This document shows, piece after piece, positions 1-9,398 of a stretch of DNA of 64,000 nucleotides (positions are counted from its first letter, which is position 1; each line of letters starts with the position of its first letter). Made by a program: the position numbers and the translations under genes. Where the stretch lies: IMG/VR virus record IMGVR_UViG_3300021431_004083, positions 160,001-224,000 of that record; one strand, 5' to 3'. The notes under the pieces are model-generated. The model was not told the origin of the DNA. It saw only the letters and a program-made list of their open reading frames with translations, and made no database searches. Source of the DNA: a virus. Lineage: Duplodnaviria; Caudoviricetes.

Positions 1-1
1 G

Positions 2-1282
2 CTCAAACAGGTATCACTCGAACTGCAGATTATCATCTGTTATCAGAAAATCGAAAGCATGCTCGAACCGACAGATGTCCAGTCTAAGTATCTCATCATT
101 GATGAGGTACAGGATAACTCCATCTTCGAGTTCGTCTACTTCCTGAAGTACGTCAACAAGCACAAAGAAGCGCTGTTCATTGTAGGCGACGGTTCACAGA
201 CACTCTACGAGTTCCGCGCGTCAAACCCCAGAGCGCTGAACATTATGGAAGCGTCCGGCGTATTCAAGGCATATCAGCTGAATACGAATTATCGCTCCAA
301 TCAGGAGATTCTGGACTTCGCCAATGTGTATCTCGACAAAATCGAGGCAAACCGTTACGCGAGGATTCAGCTGCAGTCGAATAATATCCTGAACAAAGTA
401 ACGCACAAGTCTTTCACCGAAAAGGTAAAGCTTCATTACGAGTTCATCCCGAAGCTCAGAGGTATGAGCGACGCACTCGACACATGGCTGTCACTGTATG
501 TCAAAAAGTATATCGACGACAAGCTCAAATATAACGAACCTGTGACGTTCCTTGCGTTCCGCCGCGAAACAGTTTTTCAGGTACAGAACTGGCTTGAACA
601 GAATTACCCCGGTTATACGATCGCAAACCTCGTTCCCGAGAGACCGTTCAGCTCCGACGTCTTGTCGAAGTTCATCGGCAAGTATTGGAACGACGTGAAG
701 TTCATGCCCTCTATGAACATCACCGTTGACATCTGTCAGGCCATTCTGAGAAGACTCGACTATCTCGTAAGAGACGCTCAAAAGGCATTACCGCCCACAC
801 AACGCATGCTCAATGACTGGGCGGACGGCGTCATCAACGACGTCAACGTCTGGTATACACAGTATACCAACAAGCAAATCACACAGGACGAATTCCTGTC
901 GTTGATTCAGCAGAGCATGATTCAATATGAAATCGAGAACAACAATATCCGCAGAAGCTTGATTTCTCAGAAGAACGAAGAAACCAAACGTCAGCAGGCT
1001 GCTATGACAGCAAACTTTGTTCTCTCGACAATTCACTCCGCAAAAGGTCTTGAGTTCGAAAACGTTGTTGTCATTTACAGAAACGACAACAGCATGGGAG
1101 AAGAGCAAAAGAGAATGTATTATGTGGCTCTCACAAGAGCCATGAAGAGCGAGTATATCCTCGCTTTCGATAATACGAATTCTCCGCAAATCAAAGCCGA
1201 TTACGACACGATTTGCAAGACGCTGAAAGACAAAGCAGCAAGAGCAAAAGCCGCCGGAACAACCGTCGGCACCGATAATTAA
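2..1282 (+). CDS. UvrD/REP-family SF1 DNA helicase (5'-partial, open to window edge)
   Basis: Motifs IIDEVQD, VGDGSQTLYEFR, LNTNYRS, STIHSAKGLEF, YYVALTRA; frame open upstream of the ATG at 59. Confidence 0.93.
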   Translation, partial: LKQVSLELQIIICYQKIESMLEPTDVQSKYLIIDEVQDNSIFEFVYFLKYVNKHKEALFIVGDGSQTLYEFRASNPRALNIMEASGVFKAYQLNTNYRSNQEILDFANVYLDKIEANRYARIQLQSNNILNKVTHKSFTEKVKLHYEFIPKLRGMSDALDTWLSLYVKKYIDDKLKYNEPVTFLAFRRETVFQVQNWLEQNYPGYTIANLVPERPFSSDVLSKFIGKYWNDVKFMPSMNITVDICQAILRRLDYLVRDAQKALPPTQRMLNDWADGVINDVNVWYTQYTNKQITQDEFLSLIQQSMIQYEIENNNIRRSLISQKNEETKRQQAAMTANFVLSTIHSAKGLEFENVVVIYRNDNSMGEEQKRMYYVALTRAMKSEYILAFDNTNSPQIKADYDTICKTLKDKAARAKAAGTTVGTDN

Positions 1283-1286
1283 AACG

Positions 1287-1321
1287 AGCCCTCACCATCA
1301 CGGTGAGGGCTTTTTTTTTTT
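1287..1321 (+). terminator. Rho-independent terminator
   Basis: AGCCCTCACC-atcac-GGTGAGGGCT followed by a long T run after the helicase stop. Confidence 0.9.
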
Positions 1322-1534
1322 CGCAAAAAAGAACAGAGGTTTGGTTTTCCTTTATAAGCGGCGCTGTCTGCGCCGCCTCTCAGCAGACTATTAATAAAAA
1401 GGATTCATTTTATAGACTACAGCGCAAACGCATGGTTGGAAATGTGAAGAATTTTATATGCGTTTTAACGCAAGAATTCAAATAAAAAATATAAAGAAAC
1501 ATGTTCGTTTCGATAAGAAAAGGAGTTGTATAAA

Positions 1535-3001
1535 ATGAAACGAACACTTATCAGAACACTGGCTTCAATCATGGTCATCGCCATCGTTCTCTCAATCACA
1601 CCGCTCGTCGGAGCCGCAAACAAGAGTGATGAAAAAGAAATCACCGCGCTGTTCAAAGGCGGCGATACCGATATGGACGGTACTGTCAACATCATGGACG
1701 TTACCACGCTCCAAATGAGCATGTTGAACATGCGTACCCCCATTGACGCGTCTCTGATCGCGAATGTCGGCGACGTAGACCAAAGCAACAGCTTAGACAT
1801 CACCGACGCTACTTTTATTCAGCGTAAACTCACAGGAATAGAAACGCCTGATTATGTCAAGGTCAACGAGTACACCCATGAGGTGACCTTGCCCGAGAAC
1901 AACACGCTCTCGCAGCCTAAACTCAAGGCGACAACAGGCGCATCCGATATTACGCTCTCATGGAATAAAATCAGCGGCGCGGACTGCTACCGTGTATTCA
2001 CTAAGAAATACGGAAAGTGGAGACACTTAGCCGACACCTCCGCTAATAATTGTACCGATATCCCCGAGGATATCAAAGAGGGCGGTTCCTATGCCGTCTG
2101 CTGTATGAATGACAGTAAGAACGAATACGTCAGCGAGGTCGCCGAAACAAGCGTCAATAGCAAGTATCCTTACCCCGCGCCTATTATTCAAACGGCAGAG
2201 CAAGATAATAACACCTACTTCTCACCCGTTGAAGGAACAAAGACCTTAGGGAAACGCGTTTCCGAAACAAGAATCTTTATCGGATGTGACTATAACAAAA
2301 ACGCAAGATGGTATGTTTACGAGATAACAAACGACAAGAACGACGAAGTCAAAACGTATAGCTATTCACAAAACTGTAAATCGTTCTATGCGAATACTTG
2401 CAACTTCATCGACGGCGCCACCTATACCTTCCGTGTATGGTGCGTTGACACCCAGCGAAACCAAATAACACCTGCGTCGGAAGCTGTTTCCGTAACGTAT
2501 CACGCAGATGAAGAAAAGGTCTATAACAATCCTCTTGCAAGAGATATCCCTCTGGAGGACTTTGAGCCTTACGAAGAAGAGCTTGAAGCCATCAGGCTCA
2601 TCAATGAGTTCCGTGAAGAAAACGGACTTCATCCGCTCGTATACGACAAAGAGCTGTCGAGACTCGCACGTATGCGTGTTGAAGATACCGTTGAATATGA
2701 CTATTACGGACACAGCTCACCTGTATACGGAGATGCTTTGGCATGGGTTTACAGAGAAGGCTCAAACGGCAGATTCCACGTCCTTACAGGCGAAAACCTC
2801 ACGGGCTCATGTGATACAGCAGAAGACGCTATCGAATCATGGAAAGCGTCACTGCACGGTCACAGAGAAAACCTGCTTGATATAAACTTTGAGCTTGTTG
2901 GCATCGGCTACCACCGTGAAACAGGACGATGGATTTACCTCGGCGCACATGACATCAATCAGCCATATAAGCACACCGTCAAACCTGTAACAATCAACTA
3001 A
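1535..3001 (+). CDS. Secreted dockerin + FN3-like + CAP (SCP) domain protein
   Basis: Signal peptide; GDTDMDGTVNIMDVTTLQ / GDVDQSNSLDITDATFIQRKL dockerin repeats; LINEFREENGL...GENL...W..S..HRENLL CAP motifs; AAGGAG RBS. Confidence 0.85.
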   Translation: MKRTLIRTLASIMVIAIVLSITPLVGAANKSDEKEITALFKGGDTDMDGTVNIMDVTTLQMSMLNMRTPIDASLIANVGDVDQSNSLDITDATFIQRKLTGIETPDYVKVNEYTHEVTLPENNTLSQPKLKATTGASDITLSWNKISGADCYRVFTKKYGKWRHLADTSANNCTDIPEDIKEGGSYAVCCMNDSKNEYVSEVAETSVNSKYPYPAPIIQTAEQDNNTYFSPVEGTKTLGKRVSETRIFIGCDYNKNARWYVYEITNDKNDEVKTYSYSQNCKSFYANTCNFIDGATYTFRVWCVDTQRNQITPASEAVSVTYHADEEKVYNNPLARDIPLEDFEPYEEELEAIRLINEFREENGLHPLVYDKELSRLARMRVEDTVEYDYYGHSSPVYGDALAWVYREGSNGRFHVLTGENLTGSCDTAEDAIESWKASLHGHRENLLDINFELVGIGYHRETGRWIYLGAHDINQPYKHTVKPVTIN

Positions 3002-3012
3002 CAATGAATAAG

Positions 3013-3051
3013 CAAAAACCGTATCCTCAAAATGGGGATACGGTTTTTTTT
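3013..3051. terminator. Bidirectional terminator between convergent genes
   Basis: AAAAACCGTATCC...GGATACGGTTTTTTT. Confidence 0.85.
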
Positions 3052-3062
3052 ACTATAAAAGC

Positions 3063-4208
3063 TTACGTTTTATTTTTATCAGAGGGCACATTCGTTTTGT
3101 TCTCAGTATCCTGCATAGGAACAACAGGACGTGTGTTTAGCGGATTATTACCCAAAGGCTGCGATTGTGCGAATTTCTTACCCGCCATTGCGTTCATCAC
3201 GGGTTTATTATCTTTTTTCTTACGGTCCTTATGAACTTGAGTGATAATAATTTTGACAATCACAGCAACTAAAATACCAAAAACAATAAGATACGGCAAA
3301 GCCCTGATACAGAAAAACAACAAACCTTTCAATATAGAAAGGAAATCAGACCAAGCGCCGGAGAAATTCTCACCGAGCTCTTGCCAGAACGTAGGTTTCT
3401 TCGTTTCTGTATATTTCGCTACTTCCTTCACTGTCAAAACAACGCTCGAATAAGCGACATCCTTGTCCATAGCAGCCTTGGACGTCTTATCACGGTTCAA
3501 CTGTTGCTCAACCTCTTCAAGCTTGCCTGTGATTTGAATCATCGCATCAATATCATTTGTTTCGTCCAACATAGCAAGCAAACGAGACTTCTGTGTTTCA
3601 AGTGCCTTAATACTCGCGTCATTGTCCGCATAAACAGTGCTGATATTCTCAACATCTATTTGCTTATCAATAACATGCGCAACCTCTGATACATCATTAA
3701 TGAAAGCAAAAAACTTATCAGAAGGAACACGAACGGAAAAACGACAATACAAAGAACCCGCTTCGGGAGAACTCGTCTCCTTTTTGCCCGAAATAAGATA
3801 AGTATCGTCTAAATAATCAGAATCTCGCTCCGTTTGTGATTCGAGAATACACTCATATGACTTAATATAAGTCTGAAGCTGTGATATCGTATCGGAATAA
3901 TCAAGGGTTTGAATGTCGATACCGGCTTTATACACAAGCTTATCATCGGATTGAGACGTGCTTTCCGTTTTATCTGACGACGTGTCATTAGAATTTGACG
4001 GTGTGTCATTAGAATCAGAAGCGATCGACTTATCAGAACTGTCGTTTTCAGCGGACGCGGAATCTCCCGCAAAAGCGGCAATAGAATTATGAGAACCCGG
4101 CGAAGAAGAGCCTGACGAAGAACAAGCAGCAAGACTCAAACATAACACAAGAATCAACATAAAAACGACAGCGCTTCTCATAAAACTCTGTTTCTTTACA
4201 TAATTCAT
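3063..4208 (-). CDS. DUF4349-like lipoprotein with C-terminal TM helix
   Basis: Lipobox LAAC; KLVYKAGI, VRVPSDKF, coiled coil, VAYSSVVLTVKE, C-terminal hydrophobic segment. Confidence 0.8.
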   Translation of the reverse strand: MNYVKKQSFMRSAVVFMLILVLCLSLAACSSSGSSSPGSHNSIAAFAGDSASAENDSSDKSIASDSNDTPSNSNDTSSDKTESTSQSDDKLVYKAGIDIQTLDYSDTISQLQTYIKSYECILESQTERDSDYLDDTYLISGKKETSSPEAGSLYCRFSVRVPSDKFFAFINDVSEVAHVIDKQIDVENISTVYADNDASIKALETQKSRLLAMLDETNDIDAMIQITGKLEEVEQQLNRDKTSKAAMDKDVAYSSVVLTVKEVAKYTETKKPTFWQELGENFSGAWSDFLSILKGLLFFCIRALPYLIVFGILVAVIVKIIITQVHKDRKKKDNKPVMNAMAGKKFAQSQPLGNNPLNTRPVVPMQDTENKTNVPSDKNKT

Positions 4209-4361
4209 TAAAAATACCTCACATAATAAAAATTATCAACACATGCTCTAAAACGCTCAGATTTGCGCCACAGCGGGCTTTATCTAAAATAATACACGTA
4301 TACTATTTTATACAAAACGTGCAACATGACGCAAACCTCGCGAAAAGAGGGCACATCCTAC

Positions 4362-5606
4362 TTAAATAAGCTCAGCGTTCGTAGCGTCAATAGAATTATA
4401 CCATGACAATTCATAATGTCCGTGTGCAAAACGACCGTTATTAAACGCCAAGTCAACAACACGATGGTCCTTTTCTCTTATACGCGTATCGACATAAGAC
4501 GGGTAGGGCACAGAAGAAGCGTCACAGTCGAACGTTTGACGGAAATAATCATCGTCCGAAGAGAAAGAAACGGCAAAAGCCATCGATTCCATATCCGAAG
4601 ATATTGTCAGACCTTGTTTCTTATAAAACTCATTGGAATACTCCGTCAGAAAAACTTTATCGCCATCAACGGCAGAGCTGTTCGATTCAGAAGTCTGCCA
4701 ACCGGGCTCATTCGCAAACGACATCTCAAAACCGCCCCTGTCCTTCGGAACCAAACGAACAGCATCATCAACAGACAGACCGAGATAATCCGCAATATCG
4801 TAAAACGAATCGAAGTAAAAAGAATTATGGACAATAGTGTCACGTCCCGGCGCATCAACATAGAAAAGATTATCCCATGACGCGGGAACATCCAACACAA
4901 CAGAACAAGAATTGAGAGAACCGGCTGTACTGATATCGTATTCAAAATAATCCTCAGATTTATTTTTACCGGAAGCAAACGAAGAAACACGGCAATCCAT
5001 GACCAACTTGAAATCAGAAAAGCCTGTCTTAGTATATGTCGCGGTATAACACGTCACATCAGTATCATAAGACAATGTATTCGTCTTGTAAGACACGTCG
5101 TCAAAAACATCAAACAGCTGATACTTGTCTTCAAAAGACGAAAAACCATCCTTATCGAGCAAATCAGCACACAATTCCACTTTATCATCGGCACTGAAAG
5201 GAATTCCGTTCAAAACAACAGTCTTACTATCAGCATCGCCAATCAAGAACGAACCGGCGTCCGAGAGGTCATGTTTCGAATTATCAGGGTTATCATATTC
5301 TATATAACGAAGCTTGGACAAATCACCCGGCAACATCATATGAGCGAGATAGCGCTGCAACAACGTCGCGTCGCTGATTTCTATAGCGCCGTTGCCGTCA
5401 AAATCCGCAGCGAAAACATCAAACGACGAACGAGAAGAACCGACAAGATATCGTTGAAGAAACGTCACATCGGAAATAGTCAGAAAATCATCGGAGTCGG
5501 CATCGCCACGCAATCCTCTCTTGACAGACGTTGCGCCATGAACAGGCACAATGAACAAAGAAACACATAAAACCAAACACAAAAACAAACAAACCAATCT
5601 TTTCAC
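4362..5606 (-). CDS. Secreted N-terminal dockerin protein with unknown passenger
   Basis: Signal peptide; GDADSDDFLTISDVTFLQRYL / ADFDGNGAIEISDATLLQRYL. Confidence 0.85.
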   Translation of the reverse strand: MKRLVCLFLCLVLCVSLFIVPVHGATSVKRGLRGDADSDDFLTISDVTFLQRYLVGSSRSSFDVFAADFDGNGAIEISDATLLQRYLAHMMLPGDLSKLRYIEYDNPDNSKHDLSDAGSFLIGDADSKTVVLNGIPFSADDKVELCADLLDKDGFSSFEDKYQLFDVFDDVSYKTNTLSYDTDVTCYTATYTKTGFSDFKLVMDCRVSSFASGKNKSEDYFEYDISTAGSLNSCSVVLDVPASWDNLFYVDAPGRDTIVHNSFYFDSFYDIADYLGLSVDDAVRLVPKDRGGFEMSFANEPGWQTSESNSSAVDGDKVFLTEYSNEFYKKQGLTISSDMESMAFAVSFSSDDDYFRQTFDCDASSVPYPSYVDTRIREKDHRVVDLAFNNGRFAHGHYELSWYNSIDATNAELI

Positions 5607-5645
5607 AAAAACACCTTCTTATGATATTTAATTATTACACACTAA

Positions 5646-5716
5646 GTATACTGCGAAACCACTGTGTTTGTCAATCAAAAAAAAATCGCCCACGATAAAC
5701 ATCGAAGGCGATTTGC
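5646..5716 (-). promoter_or_regulatory. Terminator abutting a sigma-A-type promoter (recurrent cassette type)
   Basis: Minus strand AAATCGCC...GGCGATTT + T run, then TTGACA-N18-TATACT. Confidence 0.7.
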
Positions 5717-5729
5717 AAAACCGACAAAT

Positions 5730-6347
5730 TTACTTGTTCCAATCTATAACACCTGCATACGCGCAGTCACGTAAAACAACAATTGCCGGTATATTATTAA
5801 AAGAAGCAGCGGGCTTGTCAATAGAACACACATGCACATCATGCTTTTTCATATCTGATTTCAAAGAACTCAAAGGAGGCGCGAAAACAGAAGAAAAAAC
5901 AGAACGAGGTTTTCCCGTAACACTCGACTGAAGCGTTCGTAAAAAACTTTCGCAAGAAATAATACCGAGAAAACGCTTGTCATCATTAGAAACAACAGGC
6001 AACCAAGAACGACCTGTCGATACAAGTCGACTCATAACGGATTCCATCGTATCAAAATCGTAAACAACAGGCTTCAAACGAACGGTAAAATCCTTCAGGG
6101 ACTGATAACGAGATTTCGCGACAACAATCATCCTGTCAATAAAAGCACACTGTTCAGCGGAAACGGAAATGAACACATTTCCGTCGACATGATGGACTGC
6201 GTAATTTCGTAGAATACGACAAACACGAAGCGCTTCGGTATCCTCCTGAGACAATGTCGCCTCGAAATCAAGAACAGAAAGCGACAACGGATTCAAACTC
6301 TGCTCCAATTCTCTATATTTTTGTAAAAACGAATCAACTAATGCCAT
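5730..6347 (-). CDS. HEPN-like + CBS domain protein
   Basis: N-terminal FLQKYRELE...RNYAVH (Rx4H); C-terminal LPVVSNDDKRFLGII CBS-like strand pattern. Confidence 0.65.
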   Translation of the reverse strand: MALVDSFLQKYRELEQSLNPLSLSVLDFEATLSQEDTEALRVCRILRNYAVHHVDGNVFISVSAEQCAFIDRMIVVAKSRYQSLKDFTVRLKPVVYDFDTMESVMSRLVSTGRSWLPVVSNDDKRFLGIISCESFLRTLQSSVTGKPRSVFSSVFAPPLSSLKSDMKKHDVHVCSIDKPAASFNNIPAIVVLRDCAYAGVIDWNK

Positions 6348-6365
6348 AACAACCTCTTTTGGTCA

Positions 6366-6680
6366 TCAAGAAATCAAAAAATTAATAGGGGAAATCAACA
6401 GATTTGACAACCACGTTCCGAATTTTATCAATGATTCACCAAACCATGTATCAGGAAATAACTGACCAACTGCCGCGAAAACGTCATACTTAAAAATATG
6501 ACGCAACGGAACAATATCGTTAAACCGTGTTTGTCCCAAAATATAAAGAACCTCGATACCAACAATAGCTGTCAACACAAAACGAAGCCATCGAAGCCTT
6601 CTTTTGAAAACGCACCAGATACAAAAAATGATAAGCGCTGACACAATCAGACCTTGGCTCGAACCTACATCGATATGCAT
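6366..6680 (-). CDS. Small membrane protein
   Basis: Two hydrophobic segments, GAGGTG RBS. Confidence 0.7.
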   Translation of the reverse strand: MHIDVGSSQGLIVSALIIFCIWCVFKRRLRWLRFVLTAIVGIEVLYILGQTRFNDIVPLRHIFKYDVFAAVGQLFPDTWFGESLIKFGTWLSNLLISPINFLIS

Positions 6681-6773
6681 AAGAATACACCTCTTTGTAT
6701 TTAATTACAGCAACGCTCTCATTCTATGCAATCACACTATATCACAAAAATCACAAATAATCAAGACAAATTG

Positions 6774-7808
6774 TTAAAAATCATGTTTAGAATAAACAGG
6801 GTTCTCGATTTTATTATTTTGCACCTCATCAAGAAAAGCATCAAACGACACATATCCATGGATAAATGTCGACGAAAATATCTTAGAATGCCCAACCTGT
6901 TGAATTTTATCATATGAAAATTCGCCGTTCGATTTAATCATTGCGTTCTTATACTCAACAACAAGCACATAATCTCCGAAATCATGATTATAAACATTCA
7001 CATGAATCGTATAAACATCCCATAAATAATTCGTATCATCCATAGGATTGTACCGCATATACAAACACTTACGTCGCAAGGATTCGTATTCATCTGATTC
7101 AATACCGGAAGCGTCTTTCAAAAGCGCTTTGCTCGACTTTTCAATCCGACTCATCATATCAGACGTAACATTGTCTAAATTTTTCTCTACGCTCTTTAAC
7201 CCCGATACGGTATACGTTTTGGTCATATTACGAATAAATTTCTCCTCAGAACGGGACTCGAACTTAACTTGAACGGAATCTCCGTTAGAAAGACCATCCG
7301 TTTCATCACTATGGACATAAACCTCTCCGGAGGAAAAAGGCGCATCATCATGATAAGTTACGGCAAGCCGACCATTCCCGTTAACACCCTCAAAACCGAT
7401 ATCGATATATTCAGTGGGATTAATCATATATGAATTCAATTTATCAAGCATTTTCGGACCAAACGCAACACAGAGTACAATAAGCCCAACAATGATAATA
7501 ATAGGAGTAAGACAACCGAACACTTTACTTGTACCGCGACGAACGCTTCTTTGGAGCTCTCTACGAGATTCTTGTTTGTAACGCTCGTTTTCAAATTCCC
7601 GCTGAGCACGACGCTCCGCTTCGTTATACTCTTGCTGCGCTTTGTACTTCCCTTTAAAAGCCTCATATGCCTTCTGTTCAGTAGACCGCGTATCAAGCTT
7701 TAATAATGTACCGCAAAACGGACAATAAGTTTGTTCCTTTCCGTCATCACCCAAAACAATATTGCCGCCGCAACTCGGACATTTTAACCCTTCGACTTCC
7801 TTTGACAC
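6774..7808 (-). CDS. Zinc-ribbon + coiled-coil + TM protein with extracellular domain
   Basis: CPSCGG...CPFCG, single TM, FEGVNGNG...LSNGD...YTVSGL. Confidence 0.75.
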   Translation of the reverse strand: MSKEVEGLKCPSCGGNIVLGDDGKEQTYCPFCGTLLKLDTRSTEQKAYEAFKGKYKAQQEYNEAERRAQREFENERYKQESRRELQRSVRRGTSKVFGCLTPIIIIVGLIVLCVAFGPKMLDKLNSYMINPTEYIDIGFEGVNGNGRLAVTYHDDAPFSSGEVYVHSDETDGLSNGDSVQVKFESRSEEKFIRNMTKTYTVSGLKSVEKNLDNVTSDMMSRIEKSSKALLKDASGIESDEYESLRRKCLYMRYNPMDDTNYLWDVYTIHVNVYNHDFGDYVLVVEYKNAMIKSNGEFSYDKIQQVGHSKIFSSTFIHGYVSFDAFLDEVQNNKIENPVYSKHDF

Positions 7809-7865
7809 AATTGCTCTCTCCTTTTAACTTAATGTCAAATATATTGTAACACACACAAAAAGAAA

Positions 7866-7976
7866 AAGCAACAAAGAAATACCCCCACCTGCGATAAATA
7901 CAGGTGAGGATAAAAGAAAGGAAAGGTGTTGTGTGATTATATAATAACATAAACACACTAACACCCTACCAACACA
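7866..7976 (-). ncRNA. Candidate structured 3'UTR/sRNA with anti-SD segment
   Basis: Hairpin GGTAGGGTGTTAGTGTG.../...CACACAACACCTTTCC then terminator hairpin CCTCACCTG...CAGGTGGGG + T-rich tail. Confidence 0.35.
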
Positions 7977-8009
7977 TAAACCATTTTTTCGAAAAAAACC
8001 GATAATTTT

Positions 8010-8984
8010 TTACGGCAGCTTGGTATCTTGAAAGTCATCCGGCTTATCGTCAGGCAAAGAAGGACGCGGTCTCTTTTGGATATCAGTCCGCTGAAACCCG
8101 AAATACTGACGACCATTCGGGAGAGTACCCTCTCCAAGCTTTCCCGTAATATCAATCACACGACCATCCTTTGTCTGAAAACCACTGACCGCAATCTCGT
8201 CGCCTTGAATAAGAGAACTGATTTCATTGGCGTCGAACGAATGCGAGCCGAAAGACGCCTTAAACGATTGTCCGCTAAACAAGCCGCTTTGTATCATTAC
8301 TTTATTGTTCTGTACAACAAACCCCTTGTTTTGAGTATCCAAAAGATTTAACTGCTGCGCTTTTAACAAAGGGTCATAAAGACCGGAAAATTCAACAAGC
8401 GTCATTCCTCTATGTTGAATGTCCGCTTGTAAATGCTTAAAGCACTCATTACAAAAGAAACAATCATTGATTGCACGATGGGCGCCTGTCGTATCAATTC
8501 CATACGATTGTGACAACTCCGTCAATTTACACTTACGACCGTTCAGTTTCTGAGCAATACTCATAACGTCTATATACTCATTCTTAAAATCTTGCCCGGT
8601 CAAAGCCTTCCATTTATCGTACATGAAATTCATGTCGAAACTAACACCATAACCAACAACGGGACTGTCGCCGATAAAAGACATCGCGGCATTCATAGCC
8701 GTAGACAAACGAATCCCGGTCCGACGCACGCTGTCATCGATTCCTGTCAAAGCGACGACCTCCTGAGAGACAAAAGGAACCTTGTCAGGCTGAACTAATG
8801 TACTGAAACTGCGCCATACGTCGCCGTTATGGCAACGCAATATCGATATTTCCATAATGTCATCATTTGTCGGGTCGAAACCTGTCGTTTCCAAATCAAG
8901 AACGACATAGTCATCGGGAAAGATAACACGATTCAAACCCTTATGACGCTCAACATTCTTATTAACATCTGTCACAAAAAACAC
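8010..8984 (-). CDS. DEDDh 3'-5' exonuclease (DnaQ/PolC-exo-like) with extra C-terminal domain
   Basis: VLDLETTG, FDMNF, AHRAINDC motifs. Confidence 0.9.
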   Translation of the reverse strand: MFFVTDVNKNVERHKGLNRVIFPDDYVVLDLETTGFDPTNDDIMEISILRCHNGDVWRSFSTLVQPDKVPFVSQEVVALTGIDDSVRRTGIRLSTAMNAAMSFIGDSPVVGYGVSFDMNFMYDKWKALTGQDFKNEYIDVMSIAQKLNGRKCKLTELSQSYGIDTTGAHRAINDCFFCNECFKHLQADIQHRGMTLVEFSGLYDPLLKAQQLNLLDTQNKGFVVQNNKVMIQSGLFSGQSFKASFGSHSFDANEISSLIQGDEIAVSGFQTKDGRVIDITGKLGEGTLPNGRQYFGFQRTDIQKRPRPSLPDDKPDDFQDTKLP

Positions 8985-9008
8985 CCCCTCATACCTTTTG
9001 GTAGGGAA

Positions 9009-9197
9009 TTATCCGAACGACATCTCATCGTCATCTTCGACAATCTCTTCTATCGACGTAGGGAGAGGTCTTTTCCGAACAGGTTTATCAAGCTTAGCGG
9101 CCTCACGCAAAGCATCCTCGTCTACCTGCGTATACAACGCTTCGGATTCCTCAGGTGTTACCTGCGTATCGAAAGGGTCGGTGTAATGTTTATCCAT
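9009..9197 (-). CDS. Small acidic hypothetical protein carrying C-terminal RPLP tag
   Basis: GAAAGGAG RBS before MDKHY; own TTGATT/TATAAT promoter. Confidence 0.75.
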   Translation of the reverse strand: MDKHYTDPFDTQVTPEESEALYTQVDEDALREAAKLDKPVRKRPLPTSIEEIVEDDDEMSFG

Positions 9198-9260
9198 GAT
9201 ACAATCTCCTTTCCATTTTACTAAAAACATTATACAGCAAACTAAAAGATTAATCAAGAC

Positions 9261-9350
9261 AAAAAAAATGGACCAAGACAGGTCTCGGCCCAACAAAAAT
9301 CTATTCTCTGCAACCAATATCCATTTAGCAGAGATTACTTTATACCGTGT
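9261..9350 (-). ncRNA. Candidate small RNA or structured 3'UTR
   Basis: TATAAT at 9355-9360, hairpin TCTCTGC/GCAGAGA (9305-9334), terminator 9261-9292. Confidence 0.3.
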
Positions 9351-9398
9351 TTTAATTATATAATTGACTGAAGCAAAAACAAAATGTCAAGCGTTACA

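Noticed and set aside
1330-1520. Group I intron or riboswitch (CAGCAGACTA, GCGGCGC/GCGCCGC hairpin)
   Set aside because: No matching partner element or recognisable aptamer core
4240-4285. Recombination or resolution site-like sequence CTCTAAAACGCTCAGATTTGCGCCACAG
   Set aside because: Single copy, no recombinase in window, cannot be supported
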